From: Mobula hypostoma
Taxonomy: Eukaryota
Direction of reading: 5' to 3'
Length of the DNA: 64,000 nucleotides
NCBI RefSeq assembly: GCF_963921235.1
Contig: NC_086097.1
Location: forward strand, 191,396,001-191,460,000
Positions 50,470-64,000 of the stretch are shown piece after piece. Both the position numbers and the translations under genes were made by a program. The notes under the pieces were generated by a model. The model had not been told where the DNA came from. It made no database searches and saw only the letters and a program-made list of their open reading frames with translations. The stretch's first letter is position 1, and the number at the start of each line of letters is the position of its first letter.

Positions 50470-51010
50470 GCCATTGATGGCTTAGAATTCATTATCCAAG
50501 CATGCAGAAACACAAATGCCATCTGCATTTTGCTGCTTGGTCTCCACAAACCTCCATGGCAAAAAATTCTGCAGATTCGCCACCATCTAGCTGAACTAAT
50601 TCATCCTCTCCTTAGTTTTAAAGGGATTTCTCTTTACTCTGAAGTTGTGTCCTTGGATATTAGATTCCCCTTCTAATCCATACAATCCACATTTTTCAGA
50701 TTCCAGCAGGTTTCAATAAGATCCCACCTTATTCTTTTGAATTTCATTAAGTACAGGCCCAAAAACATGAAACAATAAGCCTTTCATGTTGGGATTATTT
50801 TCATGAAACTCCTCTAACCTCTCCAGGACCAGCACATTCTACCTTAGATACAGAGCATCAAAATTGCTCACAATATTCCAAATGCAGTCTGGCCAATGCC
50901 TTATAAAATCTCAGCAGTATATCCTTGCATTTATATTCTAGTCCTCTCAAAGAATGCTAACAAATGCATTTCCCTTCTTCACTACCAACTCAGCCTGAAG
51001 ATTCAGTCTT
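50470..51010 (-). mobile_element. Old CR1 3' fragment
   Basis: Homologous to 9060-9620 (gctcacaatattccaaatgcagtctggccaatgccttataa). Confidence 0.75.
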
Positions 51011-53079
51011 CACTAACCTAGAGTGAATCTCAAACTCAGACTCCCAAGCCTGTTGGCCCTCTAATATCTGCGCTTTCTCAAACATGAGAAAACCTGAAGA
51101 TGCTGCTTCTCCTGAAATAAGATAAAAATCATTTAAAGATCTGAAAGTACAGAATATGTAAACAAATAATACTAATATTGTATAGAGACTGATATCAATA
51201 CTCAGTAGTGAGTATTGTCTGAGTATCTGAAAAATTAGTGTTAAAATCCTGAAATTTTTCAGGGATAATATTGCATTCTAAACAAGTAAATCTTTTCTCT
51301 TTTAAGGTGTCTGGTTGGTTGCTGTTAGTAATCTATTGTGATGTATCACACTGTATCATACTATAAGAGCTAACCTCCTTATTGAAAGAGTCTAGTGCCT
51401 CCCAGAAATTTCTATCTTATGAACCAATGTCCACCATTATATTCCATTACACTAAAATGTGTCAATACCAAATTCATTTAAAACTGAAACTGAGGATCTG
51501 AATAGATAAAACTGTTTTGCAAAAGACAAATTTCATCGTTCATTGTTACAACTATGGTATTACTGATTCTATTTAAAGGGTTACATGTTTATGAATGATA
51601 GGACTCGGATAGGGGCTTAATGAGAATAATTGATGCAGCTTGTGTTCTGAATAATTCATTAATTTTGAACTCTTGCCAACACATTCTTAAACTCCCAAGC
51701 TAGAATATAATAGTCCAAAGCCAAAATTTCATAAGAAACATATACCAGGGGTCATAATAGATTAGTGACATAAAATACTTGCAATTCCTTTAAGATTTGA
51801 CAATATTTGGCAATATATTCATCACATGTTACTTGACACAATATTTCTACAAACTGTTAATCGTTTGAAAGATTAGTGGTTGGACAAAATTGTTACTGGA
51901 TGAGTGAAATTCATCAACATACAGGCAGCTAAATCTCATTAAGGACAAAACAGCCTACTTAATTGGCACCTAATGCACCAACCTAATCATTCACTCTCTT
52001 CACCACTAGTGCATCATATCCGTAGTTTGCACAATTTACAAGATTCAGTACAATAATTACCTTGACTGCTCTGACAGAACCTCTCAAAAGGCTGGCAGAA
52101 AATCTGTGTGCTATTTACAAATATGGATTTTTGGAGAAGATAAAGTGACACTATCATTAATATAGGGGTGCGGTAATCTAGGCTCAAACCACAAAGTGAA
52201 TGGCAAACCTAGATGGTCCAGGGTCTTGATATCTGACAAGCCCTCACAACCCTATTTGAATGCAAAGGGGTAAAACCTAAATATCTGCAAAACCATTAGT
52301 TTTTGTCGGCTTATAAAAATGCTTCCTGTCAGTGATTTGAATATCTCAGATTTATTGAAGGGCTAGGTATAGAGTATTTTTTAAAAATAGTTATCACATT
52401 CAATCATAGAATATGCTCAGAATTCCGATTGTTATGATGCTAGGAACTGTAAAATGACTTGCTTGTTATTTTCTTATCCTGCATGGTGCCTTCATTTTTA
52501 TTATACAAAATCAACTTTTTCAAGTTTTCCTGTTAAATTATTATACATTTTACTCTTCAGATGGTTTGAGTCTTCCATCCTTTTGGAGTTCTGAACTTTG
52601 ACATGTTGGAATATGCAGTAGTAACTGGGAAATCCAAACTAAAGTTTTGCTAAGTAAATCAATCCCAAAATTGATTGTGGGTTAAAACTGATTGCAAATT
52701 AAAATAATATTAAAGTTTTTAATTAATGTTCCATTTACTGTCAGTTAGCCACCAGGAATGCCCATTTAAAGATGAGATGAACCTCTCTCTAATGGATTCC
52801 CATTTGTCCCTTTGACCTGTTCATCTCCAATAGTTCTGTTTGCCTTTTTGTTTTTGATAAGGTATCTATCAAATCTCACGTACACCGGTGAAATTACTTC
52901 CTTAGTAAATGTCTGCTCCCCTTTTATCCACACCTCGCCCAAGCATATCTTCTGTTATTCACTATTGTGTCAGTCATTCTTATCTGGCCACCACCTTATC
53001 AGAAATGTTCCCTTTTTTCCCTCTGTTCCTTCCCCCTTTTCCCCTTATTTTTCTAATAGACAAACAAACAGAAAGGCAT

Positions 53080-53600
53080 ACATAAGTGCAGGAATAGGCC
53101 ATGTAGTCCATTGAGTTTGCTTTGCCTTTCAGTAAGATTTTATCTCACCACCATTTTCTTTCATGTCCCAAATGATCTATAATCTAAAAATCTATTGATC
53201 TCAACCTTGACAATACATAGTGCTTGAGCCTTCATAGCTCTCTTGGACAGAGAATTATAACCCTCTGAGAGATGAAATTCATTTTTATTGCTATCTTAAA
53301 CAGATTGAAATATTTTTATCCTAGATTCCCCAACAAAAGATAACATTCTTTCAGGCTGTTTACCCTCAAGCCCCTTCTGAATATTGAGTGTTTCAAAAGG
53401 ACCACTTCTATTTCTTATAAACTCTAATGAGTAAAAACCTAACTCACCCAATTTGTTTGCCTAAATCAAGCCGTAATTTAAAGGAAGCAATGCAATGAAC
53501 CTTCTCTGAAATGTTTCCTTCCTGAATAAAGACCTCAAAACTGCACAGTGTTCCTCCAGATGTGGTGTCACCAAAACCCGCTACTGTTGCAAAAAACCTC
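53080..53600 (-). mobile_element. Old CR1 3' fragment
   Basis: gcaggaataggccat... 3' UTR and aaactgcacagtg...gatgtggtgtcacc remnant. Confidence 0.6.
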
Positions 53601-53879
53601 TTACCTTCTTTGGTAATATTTCATGACAGAACTTTATGTTTACTTTCCAGAAATGCAAAAAATCGTGACTTTATTCACCATTATCATAACTTCTTCAAAG
53701 AACTCTAATACATTTCTCAAACATGATTTCCATTTCCTCAACTATGCTGATCTTGCTTGAATGTATAATGATTTTCAAAATGTCTTTCCTCACTTCCATA
53801 ATAATGGATCTGGAAAATTTTCAGTTGATAAATATTAAGGCAAGTGGCCAAGTTTCTACTTTCTATGATCTTCCAGTCC

Positions 53880-54680
53880 ACTGAGACCTTCCAAGAGCGA
53901 TGTGATTCCCCTACACTGGGAAAATCAAATGCAGATTGGGCGATCATTTTGCAGAAAGTCTGCAATTTTTATGTTGGTTGAATGCCAAGCTTTCCATTGC
54001 TTGCCACTTTAATTTCCCCATCTATCTGCAACTTTGACCTATCAGCCAGTGGCCTCTTTTACCGTTGCAGTATGATCCAACACAAGCTTGAAGGACAACA
54101 CCTCAATTTTGTCTGGACAGAGTGCAGTCTTTTGAATGGCTATTGAATTCCTTTCCTCCAACAGATGCGGCTTGCCCCATTGAGTTTCTTCAGAAGATAA
54201 TTTGATGGACAGTGTTGAATTCTAGAACTGTGGATAACTTGATTTCTCAGTCTGTATCTGGCTATTTATTTCCTTCTTTTTTGTTCAGTCTGGAAGTACA
54301 GGATATGCTCAGTCGCATCACCCCTGCATAACCTCACATCAACCCCCTCCCCATTCCAGCACTTTTAACTCCCATCTTCTTTTATCTATCGTCTTTTCTC
54401 CATGTTCACACTCTCTAAATGTATCCATCCACTCATTGATCAGATAGTCTTGTTTGTCAATTACTCTGATCACTCTGAATTTACTCCATCTGAGTCAATC
54501 CCCTCCCTCAACCTCCATGCATCCCTGTAAGCTTCTTCTGTCTCTTTTCCAATTCTGACAAAGTGTTTCCAGCCTCAAGCTTTGACTCTGTTTCTCTTCC
54601 ACCTAGATGTAGTCTGACGTCCTGAATATTTCTAGCATTTTCAGTTTTCGTTTTGGATTTCCAACATCTGTGTTTTTTTT
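53880..54680 (+). mobile_element. Old Penelope-like 3' fragment
   Basis: YTGKIKCRLGDHFAE, HKLEGQHLNFCL; terminal repeat ~54550-54680. Confidence 0.7.
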
Positions 54681-55055
54681 TATTGCTACTGCATATTAAA
54701 TACACTTTAGCTAGATCTGTATTCATACCTTTTTAATTACCTTTATTTAAATTTGACACTGGTTTCTGGTCTAGGTTTCTCACTTTCAACTTAAATGTGA
54801 AATTATGTTATTATCACTTTTTCCCCCTTGGATCCTTTATCATAAATTCATTATTTAATCCTTTGTCATAATAATTCTAAAATAATCAGTTTCCTAGATT
54901 ATTTTCTTAATACATCAATCAAAGAAACTCCCCAAATCTCTCTAAATTTGTCCTCAATGTTACTTTAGCCAATACACTTTGCCCAACCTATATGAAAATT
55001 GAATTCATCCACATTAATCTCTATTATATTTTTGATTTATACCCAGTACTAGGTT

Positions 55056-55429
55056 GGGTGGGGGGTGGAGATATGTTTCTACCAAAGGAGGTGTAAGGTG
55101 CTCCTTCCCTCTACTAGTCTGCAGGCCACCCTTGGGCAAGATGTAGCACCTGCTTAGCCCCCTGATCAGGCTCTTGTGAAGCCAGGGGAACAGGTGAAGA
55201 ATCGATATCTGAGCAGTTGGAGCATATCACAAGTCCTGGTTATGCAGCCACTGACGCCAAGCTGACAATCTCTGAAGAGTTTTGATAATGGCTTCACAAG
55301 AGCCTGTAAAGACACTGTGCAGAAGAAGACAGTGGCAAACCAGTTCTGTAGAAAAAATTGTCAAGAACAGTCTTGATTGTGGAAAGATCATGTTCGCCCA
55401 CATCATACAACACGGCACATGACAAACGG
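55056..55429 (+). mobile_element. Non-autonomous RTE-derived element, third family
   Basis: TSD ac(t/a)aggtt (55048-55055, 55430-55437); hairpin-rich head; gaagacagtggcaaaccag motif; catacaacacggcacatgac tail. Confidence 0.6.
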
Positions 55430-55814
55430 ACAAGGTTATAGCTAAAAATACAGAGCCTATAGATTATTCCAATCAGCAGCTTCTTTGCCTAGCTATTTAA
55501 TGTATCTCTCCAAATGGATTTAATGTCTTGATCTGCTGATTTCAGAGGTTTTTCAATGTGCCAGTATTAACCTTCACTAATAGAGCTAGCTCATTTTTTC
55601 TATCCATTCATCTACTTTGAAATGAATAGTATTTGCATTTAGATAAAAAGCCTTTAACTCTGCCTTTTCCTCCTCTGACTCTATATGCAGGTGCACCTTC
55701 CCATTACACTCAGGATATCATTATACATGAATCTACCCTATACTTGCCTTGTCTTTTTCTTTTAACTTCCATATTTTTCCTTGATTTTCTGTAATACTGT
55801 ACCTCTAATTGTTA

Positions 55815-55912
55815 CCAGCTCTGATGAAAGGTCATTGAGCTGAGAAATTAAATCTGTTTCTTTCTCTAGAAAAGCTGCCTGATACACTTACCATATCCAG
55901 CATATTATTTTT
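55815..55912 (+). mobile_element. Old Penelope-like terminal repeat remnant
   Basis: ctctgatgaaaggtc...ctgtttctttctctagaaaagctgcctga...tccagcat. Confidence 0.55.
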
Positions 55913-56419
55913 ATTTAATTAAATTGATAACAGTATATTTCCTTCTCTATCTCCACCCAGCAACTTTTCTCAAGTTTATCTGATTGGCCAAATTATCATC
56001 CTGACCATGGCATTTATCTCACAGCTAAATTCAAGTCAACTCCCTATTATTTAAACAGGAGTTCAAAGACATCTTAATATCTGCCTGAACAGAGTACCTA
56101 AATTAAAGGAAGTCACAGACAAAAGCAAAGTGAGCACAAAAAACAGATCCTATGGTTTACAAAGAAAGTTTATGTCAAAACCTTCCCAAGATTTTACCTA
56201 TTCTGTGACAGCCATGATCTATTGGGCAACAAGATGTTATATCTACTGTCTCAGAGCCCCAGAAATGGGTCCCGTTCTGACCTTAAGTGCCTTCATGGGT
56301 TTTCTCTGGTTGTTACAACTTTCTCATACATCCCAAAGACGTGGGTGATGTGCTAAGTTGCCTCTAGTCATGTGTAGGTAATTGGTAGAATCTGGGAAGA
56401 AGAATGACGAGAAGAGGAA

Positions 56420-58385
56420 GAGGTCAAAGTCATGGAGGCTATTTTGCAGCAGCCATTGTGTGAGTAGGCCAGTCTGAGGCTTTGGCTCAATGGGCTTGGA
56501 CAATGAGGTACAGGTGAGTAGCAGGTAAGAACAGGTAAGGATTTTTTATAGTAGTTAACTAAAAGGATACAAAATGACTACTAATTAGATGATGTGTTGT
56601 AGCTGCATGACGTGGGAGGTGGTGGATCCAGTTGTGGTTCCTGATGACCTGCATCTATAGCAGGTGTTGGTTGCTCGAGCAACTTGGGCTCAAATTTATT
56701 GACTTGGAATCTGAGCTTCAAACACTGAAATGATACACCTGGACGCTGTGTTTCAGGAAGTAGTCACACCTACTTCAAATTTGATCTGTTGTCAGGGATA
56801 AGAGGGTGTGACTATGAGTGAGGCAGGTAAGGGTGACTAAGAGATAGTGCTGGAGGAGCCTCTGCCTTTGAGCTTGCCAAATAGGTCTGAGATTGTTGCT
56901 CACTCAGAGGATGAGTACGGGGACTGTAGGAAGGATGAACAAACAAAGATTAGCACAATGGTTCAAGGAGCCATTCAAGACTAGGGAGAGAAGAAAAATA
57001 TAGTTGTAATTGGGGATAGCAAACTCAGGGGAATAGACACAATTCTCTGTCATAAGGACTGAGAGCTCTTAGAGGCACAGAATAAAACAGATTGAAGTTA
57101 ACATAGTTTCCATCAGGGGAAATTTTGCCTGACAAATATGTTGCAATTCTTTGAGGTAAAAAAAAACAGGATAGACAAAGAAGCATCAGTGGATGTTGTT
57201 TACTTGGCCTTTGACAAGGTATCACACATCAGACTGCTAAACAAGATAACAATCCACAGTATTACAGGAAAGATACTGACATGGACAGAAGATTGTCCAG
57301 CTGGCAGAAGGCAAAGAGTGGGAATGAAGGGAACTTTTCTGTATGGCTTACAGTGACTAGTGGTGCTCCACAGAGGACAGTGTTTGGTCTGCTAATTTTT
57401 ATATTATAAGTTAATGATCTGCATGATGGAATTCATGGCTTTGTGTCCAAGCTTATGGATGATACAAAAGTACATGGAGGAGCAGTTAATGTTGAGAAGC
57501 AGGGAGTCTGCAGAAGGACATAGACAGATTAGGAGAATGGGCCAAAAAGTGCCAGATGGACTGCAGTGTAGGAAAGTGTAAGGTCATGCACATTGGCAGA
57601 AGAAATAAAGCCATAGACTATTTTCTAGACTTGGAGCAAATTCAGAAATCAGAGGTGCAAATGGACTTTGGAGTCTTAGTGCAGAATTCCCTAAAGGTCA
57701 ACTTGCAGGTTGAGCCAGTAGTAAGGAAGGCAAATATAATATTAGTATTCATTTTGAGAAGACTAGAATATAAAAGCAAGGATGTGATGCTGACATTTTA
57801 TAAGATATTGATCAGATCATATTAGGAATATTGTGAGCAGTTTTGTCCCCATATACAAGAAAGAAAGTGCTGGCATTGGATAGGGTCCAGAAGAGGTTTA
57901 CAGGAATGATCACATGAGTGAAAGGGTTAACATATGAGAAGCATTTAATGACTCTGAGTCCATACTTACTAGAGTTTAGAAGAATGAGGAGGATCACACT
58001 GAACCTTACCAAATATTGAAAGGCCTAGATAGTGTGGATGAGGGGAGGTTGTATCCATTAGTGGGAGAGTCTAGGAACAGAGAACTCAGACTCAGAATGG
58101 AAGGACATCACATTTGAACAGAGATGAAGAACTTCTATAGCCAGAGAGTGGTAAATCTAAGTAATTCATTGCCATAGACAGCTGTGGAGGCCAAGTCATT
58201 AGGTATAATTAAAGCAGAGGTTGAAAGGTTATTGATTAGTCAGGGTGTCAAAGTTTGTGGGGCAGCAGGCAGAAGAATGAGGTTCTGAGGGATAATAAAT
58301 TAACCATCATCAGATTGATAAGCAGACTCAATTGGCTGAAGAGTCTTATTCTGCTGGTATGTCTCATTGTCTTTTGGTCTTATGG
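56420..58385 (+). mobile_element. CR1 LINE with both ends and a large internal deletion
   Basis: 5' UTR, ORF1 MMCCSCMTW and VIGDS, jump at ~57070 to RT (AFDKVSH, KCKVMHIG), tcttatgg tail. Confidence 0.85.
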
Positions 58386-58956
58386 AAATGTGGGGAAAAT
58401 ATAAAAAGTAGCTTTTTATATGGTTAGTGCTTTCCTTTAGATGTGCAAGAAGGAACAGAGCTAAAATAAAATTCACATCTTCAGAATAATTAATATACAC
58501 AAAGTAATCATTTTATGGCATAGAATTACATGTTAACCAGTTCACAACATGAAAAGCCAAGCTTATTCCTTGTTATTGAAACGCAGTATATTAAGTTGGT
58601 TGCTTACAAATGACTGAATTGAATAAGGAATCTGCTAGATAATTTATTGCATATTGCTCCCATTAAGGATAATACAGTTATGATGCAGGAAAATTTTGAC
58701 TGTCATAGGCTACTGCATCCAGTTTAAGTTATTTGATTAGCTAGATATTTGGAACTATCAATCCAGCATCTGAACCACAGAATGACAACTGAAGAAGTGA
58801 AATTTGTACAAATCAAATCCTAAATTGAAATAAAACTCCTGTCTGAGTAGCAACAACCATGAAATAACAAGACTGATGCAAGAATCCTCCAGGTTCACCA
58901 ATGTCGTTTGGAGAGGGAAAACTGGCCTCTCTCATATGCAACTCAAGGACTAGTGA

Positions 58957-59920
58957 TCAAAGTTCAAAGTAAGTTTTATTATCAGAGTACATACACATCA
59001 CCACATAAAATCCTGAGATTCTTTTTCCTGTGGGCATACTTAGCAAGAAGATAGAATAGTAAATATAATCAGGATGAATGAAAGAGTAGGTAGAACATAG
59101 AAGACAACAAACTGTGTAAATGCAAATATAAATAATTACCAAGAAATAACAAGAGCATGAAATAACAAGATAGAGTCCTTAAAGTGAGATCATTGGTTGT
59201 GGGAACGTCTCAATAGATGGGTGTAGTTATCCTTTCTTGTTCAAGAGTGTGATGGTTGATAGGTAGTAACTGCTCAAGGCACTTATACTTTCTACCTGAT
59301 GGCAGCAGTGGGAAAAGAGCATTGCCTGGGTGGTGAGGATCTTTGATGATGGATGCTGCTTTTCTATGACAGAGTTTCATGTAGATGTGCTTGATGGTTG
59401 GGAAGGCTTTACCCATGATGTACTGGGCTAAATCTTCTACTTTTTGTAGGATTTTCCATTCAAAAACATTGGTGTTCCCATACCAGGCCATAATGCAGCC
59501 ACTCAATACACTTTCCGCTGCACATCTTTAGAAGTTTGTCAAAGTTTTTGTGTCATGCTGAATCTCAGCAGACTCCTAAGAAAGTAGAAGTGCTGTCATG
59601 CTTTCTTTATATGATGGGTCCAGGACAGGTTCTTGGAGATAGTGACAGCCAGGAATTTGAAGTTACTGACACTGTCTACCTCTGATCCTGGTTCTGATCC
59701 AGCTCAGGTTCATGAAGACTGGCTCATAGACCTCTGGTTTCTAACTCCTGAAATCGACAGTCAGTTCCTTGGTCTTGCTGGCATTGAGTGTGAGGTTGTT
59801 ATCACACCACTCAGCCAAATTTTCCATCTCCCGCCTGTATGTTGATTCACCTTTGATGTGACCCACAAACTTGAATATGCTGTTGGAGCTATATGTAGCC
59901 ACACATTCATAGTTGTAAAG
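58957..59920 (-). mobile_element. Rex-like LINE 3' fragment
   Basis: NLAEWCDNNLTLNASKTKEL, GCIMAWYGN, KAASIIKDPHHP, LPSGRKY; tail. Confidence 0.87.
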
Positions 59921-60081
59921 CAAGATGTGATTAGATTTCAGTTTAATGGAAAATGGGGATAGGCAATAAATTTCCAGTGATATTCACATCCTGTGAATAG
60001 ACAAAGCAAAAATAATGTACGAATGCTAAAGTTCTCTGCTGGGTGAGGGATAAATGTTGTCCAATGTATGAAAGAAATAAT

Positions 60082-63000
60082 AAACACAAGAAATTCTGCA
60101 GATGCTGGAAATCCTAAGCAATACACATTAAATGCTGGAGGAGCTCGGAAGGTCAGGCAGCATCTATGGAAATGAATAAACAGTTAACATTTCAACCCAA
60201 GACTCGTCTTCAGGACTGGAAAGGAAAGAGGAAGACACCAGAATAAAAAGGAGGGGTGAGGGGAAGGAGGATAGCTAGAAAATGATAAGTGAAGGCAGGT
60301 GGGTAGGAAAAGTAAAGGACTGGAGAGGAAGGAATCTGGTAGGAGAGGAGAAGTGGACTATAGGGGAAAGGGAAGGAGGAGGGGACCCAAGGGCATATGA
60401 TAGGCAGATGAGAAGAAGTAAGAGGCCACAATAGGGAATAAAAGAAGAGGCGGTGGAAATTTTTTTTTATACTCGAAGAAGAGATCGATATTCATTCCAT
60501 CAGGTAGGAGGCTACCCAGATGGAATATAATCTGTGGGTGACCTCATCATGGCACAAGAGAAGGTCATAGACCAACATGTCAGAATGGGAATTGGAATCA
60601 GAATTAAAATGTTTGGCAACTGGGAAGTTCCACTTTTCAAAGTTCAAAGTTCAAAGTAAAATTTATTATCAGAGTACATTTATGTCACCACATACAACCC
60701 TGAGATTCTTTTTCTACGGGCATACTTAGTAAATCTATGGAACAGTAACTGTAAACTGTAAACATCAGGAAATGATAATTGTAAACAAACTTTGCAAAAG
60801 CAGATATAAATAAATAACAATAAATAATGAGCATGAAATAATAAAATAACAGTCCTTAAATGAGTGTAGCTCTCCCCTTTTGTTCAAGAGCCTGATGGCT
60901 GAAGGGTATTAGCTATTCTTGAATCTGGTGGTGCAAGTCCTGACGCATCTGTACCTTCTAGCTGATGGCAGCCGCAAGAAAGAAGCACGGCCTGGGTGGT
61001 TAGGATCTTTGATGATGGATGTTGCTTTTCTACAGCAATGTTTCATGTTGATATGCTCAATGGTTGATAGGGTTTTACCCATGATTTACTGGGCCGAATC
61101 CATAACCTTTTATTGGATTTTCTTCTCATGGCATTGGTGTTCCCATACCAGGCCATAATGCAGCCAGTCACCACACTTTCCACCACACGTCTATATGTTT
61201 GCCAAGGTTCTCAATGACATGCTGAACCTCTGCAGACTCCTAAGGAAGTAAAGGCGCTGTCGTGTTTTCTTCGCAATAATATTTATATTATGGGTCCAAA
61301 ACAGATCCTCTGAGATAGTGACACCCAGGAATTTGCTGACCTTCTCCACCTCTGATCCTCTGATGAATACTGGCTCGTGGACCTCCGGTTCCCCTTGCCT
61401 GAAATCTACTATCAATTCCTTGGTCTTAGTGTTGTTATTACACCACTCAGCCAAGTTTTCGATCTCCCTCCTGTATGCTGATTGATCACTCTCTTTAATA
61501 CAGTCCACAACAGTGGTGTTGTCTGCAAACTTGTATATGGTTTTGGATTTGTACTTAGCCCCACAGCTTTACAGCAAGTAGAGAAGGGGGCTACGTATAC
61601 ATCCCTTCAGTGCTGATGGAGATTGTGGAGGAGATATTTTTGACAATTTAAATTGACTGGAATCTACAAGTGAGGAAATCCAGAATCCTATTGCACAAGA
61701 GGCTATTGACGCCCAGGTCTTGGTGTTAGTTTTGTGGGGATGGTGGTGTTAAATGCTGAGCTGTAATCGATAAAGAGCATCTTGATATACTGTATGCATC
61801 TTTGCTGTCCAGATGTTCCAGAGTTGTGTGAAGAGCCAACGAGATGGCATCTGCTGTGGACCACTTCTGGTGGATGAAATGGAGGTGCTCAACGAAGTGG
61901 TCCCCTAATTTACGATAGGTCTCACCAATATAGCAGAGGCCACATCAAGTGCACCAGACAAAATAGACAACCCCAGCAGATTCACAGTAAAGTTTTGCCT
62001 CACCTGGAAGGACTGTTTCAGGCCCTGAATGGAGGTGAGGGAGGAGGTGAATGGGTGGGTGTAGCCACTAGGCTGCTTGCAGAGATAAGTGCCGGGATGG
62101 AGATAATTGGGGAGAGATTAATGGACAAGGGAATCACAGAGGGAGAAATCCCTGCAAAAGCGGAGGGTGGTGGTGGGTGGAGAGAGGCAAGAATACATAT
62201 GGTGTTACGATCCTTTTTGAGATGGCGAAAGTTGAGGAGAATGATGTGTTGAATGTGGTGGCTCGTGGGGTGGTAAGTAAGGACAAGAGGAAATCTATCA
62301 TTGTTCAGGTAGTGGAAAGATGGGGTGAGTGCAGATGTTTGGGAAATGGAGGAGATGTGGGTCAGGACAGCATCAATGGTGGAGGAAGAGAAACCCTGCT
62401 CTTTGAAGAAGGACATCTGATGTCCCGGAAAGTAAAACCACATCCTGGGAGCAAGATGCAAAGGAACTGAAAAGAGGGAATAGCATTTTTACAGGAGATA
62501 GGGTGGAAAGAGGTAAAATCAAGGTAATCATGGGAATCGGTAGGTTTATGAAAAATGTTATTCAATGGTTTCTCTCCAGAGATGGAGACAAAGAGATCGA
62601 GAAAGTGGATGGAAGTGTCAGAATTGGACCAAGTGAATTTAAGAGCAGGATGGAAGTTAGAGACAAAGATGATGAAATTAACAAGCTCAGAATGGGAGCA
62701 TGAAACAGTACCAATGCAGCTGTCAATGTAGCAGAGGAAGAGTTGTGGAGCATACCAAGGAAGGCTTGGAACATGGACTGTTCTACTTAGCCACCGAAAA
62801 GTCAGGTCCACAGCTACCCCTTGAGTCTGGAAAAAGTGGGAAGATCAAAGTAAAAATTGTTGATGGTGAGGACCATTTCTACCAACTGGAGGAAGGTGAT
62901 GGTGGAGGGGAACTAGTTGCTTCTTTTATGAGAAAGAAGCAGAAAGCATTAAAGTCTTCTTGATGGGGGATAGAAGTATATAGGGACTGGACATCCATGG

Positions 63001-63397
63001 TGAAAATGAGGTGGTCAGAGTCAGGGAATTGAAAGTCAGTGAGGAGATTGAGAGCATGAGATGTGTCGCAGATGTAGGTGGGAGGGGACTGAACCAAAGA
63101 GGATAGAATGGAGTCAAGGTATGAGGACATGAGCTCAGTGGAGCAAGAGCAGGCAGAGACAATGGGCCTACCTAGGCAGTCTGGTTTGTGAATCTTGGGT
63201 AGGAGGTAGAAGCAAGCTGTGTGGGGTAAGGGAACTATGAGTTTGATGGCAATGGATGGGAGTTCTCCAGAGTTGATGAGGTCAGTGATGGTGTCAGATA
63301 CAGTTTTCTGAAGATCTGGAGTGGTGTCCTCTTTGGGAGTAGGTATGAGGAGAAATCTAAGAGCTCTGCCTGGCCTCAGCAAGACAGAGGTTGGTCT
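60082..63397 (-). mobile_element. Long degenerate Penelope-like element (RT, GIY-YIG, terminal repeat)
   Basis: FYLLPKIHK, GRPIVS, FTMDVQSLYTSIPH, YID, KPTDSHDYLDF, LYW/IGET region; hammerhead-like CTGAAGA..GAAAT at ~60185-60216. Confidence 0.92.
60636..61860 (-). mobile_element. Rex-like LINE inserted in the Penelope GIY-YIG region
   Basis: TSD ccactt (60630-60635, 61861-61866); AYRREIENLAEWC, KFLGVTIS, QRLYFLR; (gaacttt)n tail. Confidence 0.88.
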
Positions 63398-64000
63398 ACA
63401 TTGAAAGTAATACCCTATTCTGTTCTTCATAGTGCCATGGGATCTGTTGAATCTCCCAGCCTGAATAAAACAAAAATACAATGTGTGGCACCTAACAATT
63501 TGATTCCAGTGACTTCATGAATAATATTTTATACAAAAATAATCATTGTTGGAAGGAAATCAAATTCGTATGTCATGTATGACATTTCCAATTTTTCCAA
63601 AACTTCAAGCACATTTTTGTGAAAATAAATTATTTTCCTTTCCTATTTTATGTGCATTGTTATCATGAAAAAAATTACAGCTGAAATTTCAATCAGCATT
63701 TGTTTATTGCATCTTGTGTCTTTGTATTTCATCAAGATACATTCCTGTTCCAAAGTGCTTCCTGTGAGAGTGTTCAGTCCTGAAGGATTTGCTTCAGTTT
63801 CATTAAGCTCTTCAGTGAGATTAGAGAAAAAGATTTATGTATTTTCTTTCCTGGATAATTTTGATATTTGCTTCTATTGTTAATTATGGCTAACAGTGCA
63901 CTCATTCATACCACGTTCCAGAGAAAGAGAAATGTAATTAATTTCTCCAGCCAAGAATATTACCACCAGCATATGCTGCTAACCACCATGGAATAAATTG

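Noticed and set aside
63650..63883. Possible exon near window end
   Set aside because: No convincing splice sites or recognisable peptide on either strand
1..64000. CRISPR array, operon, rRNA or viral genes
   Set aside because: No regularly spaced repeat-spacer array or such coding motifs seen; recurring short repeats are TE tails and TSDs

Overview
AT-rich eukaryotic genomic DNA, roughly two thirds decayed transposable elements. The repeat mix points to a vertebrate, most likely a cartilaginous fish (inference, no search run). It holds many CR1-clade LINEs (ORF1 zinc finger + SGNH esterase; ORF2 APE endonuclease + RT), Rex1/Babar-like LINEs, Penelope-like elements (RT + GIY-YIG, terminal repeats with minimal hammerhead-ribozyme motifs), one Tc1 transposon, an RTE fragment, three short RTE-derived non-coding elements and tRNA-derived SINEs. 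No element has intact coding capacity, and nearly all long ORFs in the track are TE fragments or their antisense shadows. I recognise no host gene; the unique stretches (about 21.8-24.4 kb and 44.5-47 kb) contain enhancer-like sequence and a weak set of phase-compatible candidate exons. Most notable: a TSD-flanked 79-bp foldback breaking at a hammerhead core, structured RTE head-plus-tail mini-elements (one recalling marsupial RTE/MAR1 sequence), and a five-deep insertion nest. I found no well-supported wholly new system. Family names are from motif recognition and boundaries without TSDs are approximate.
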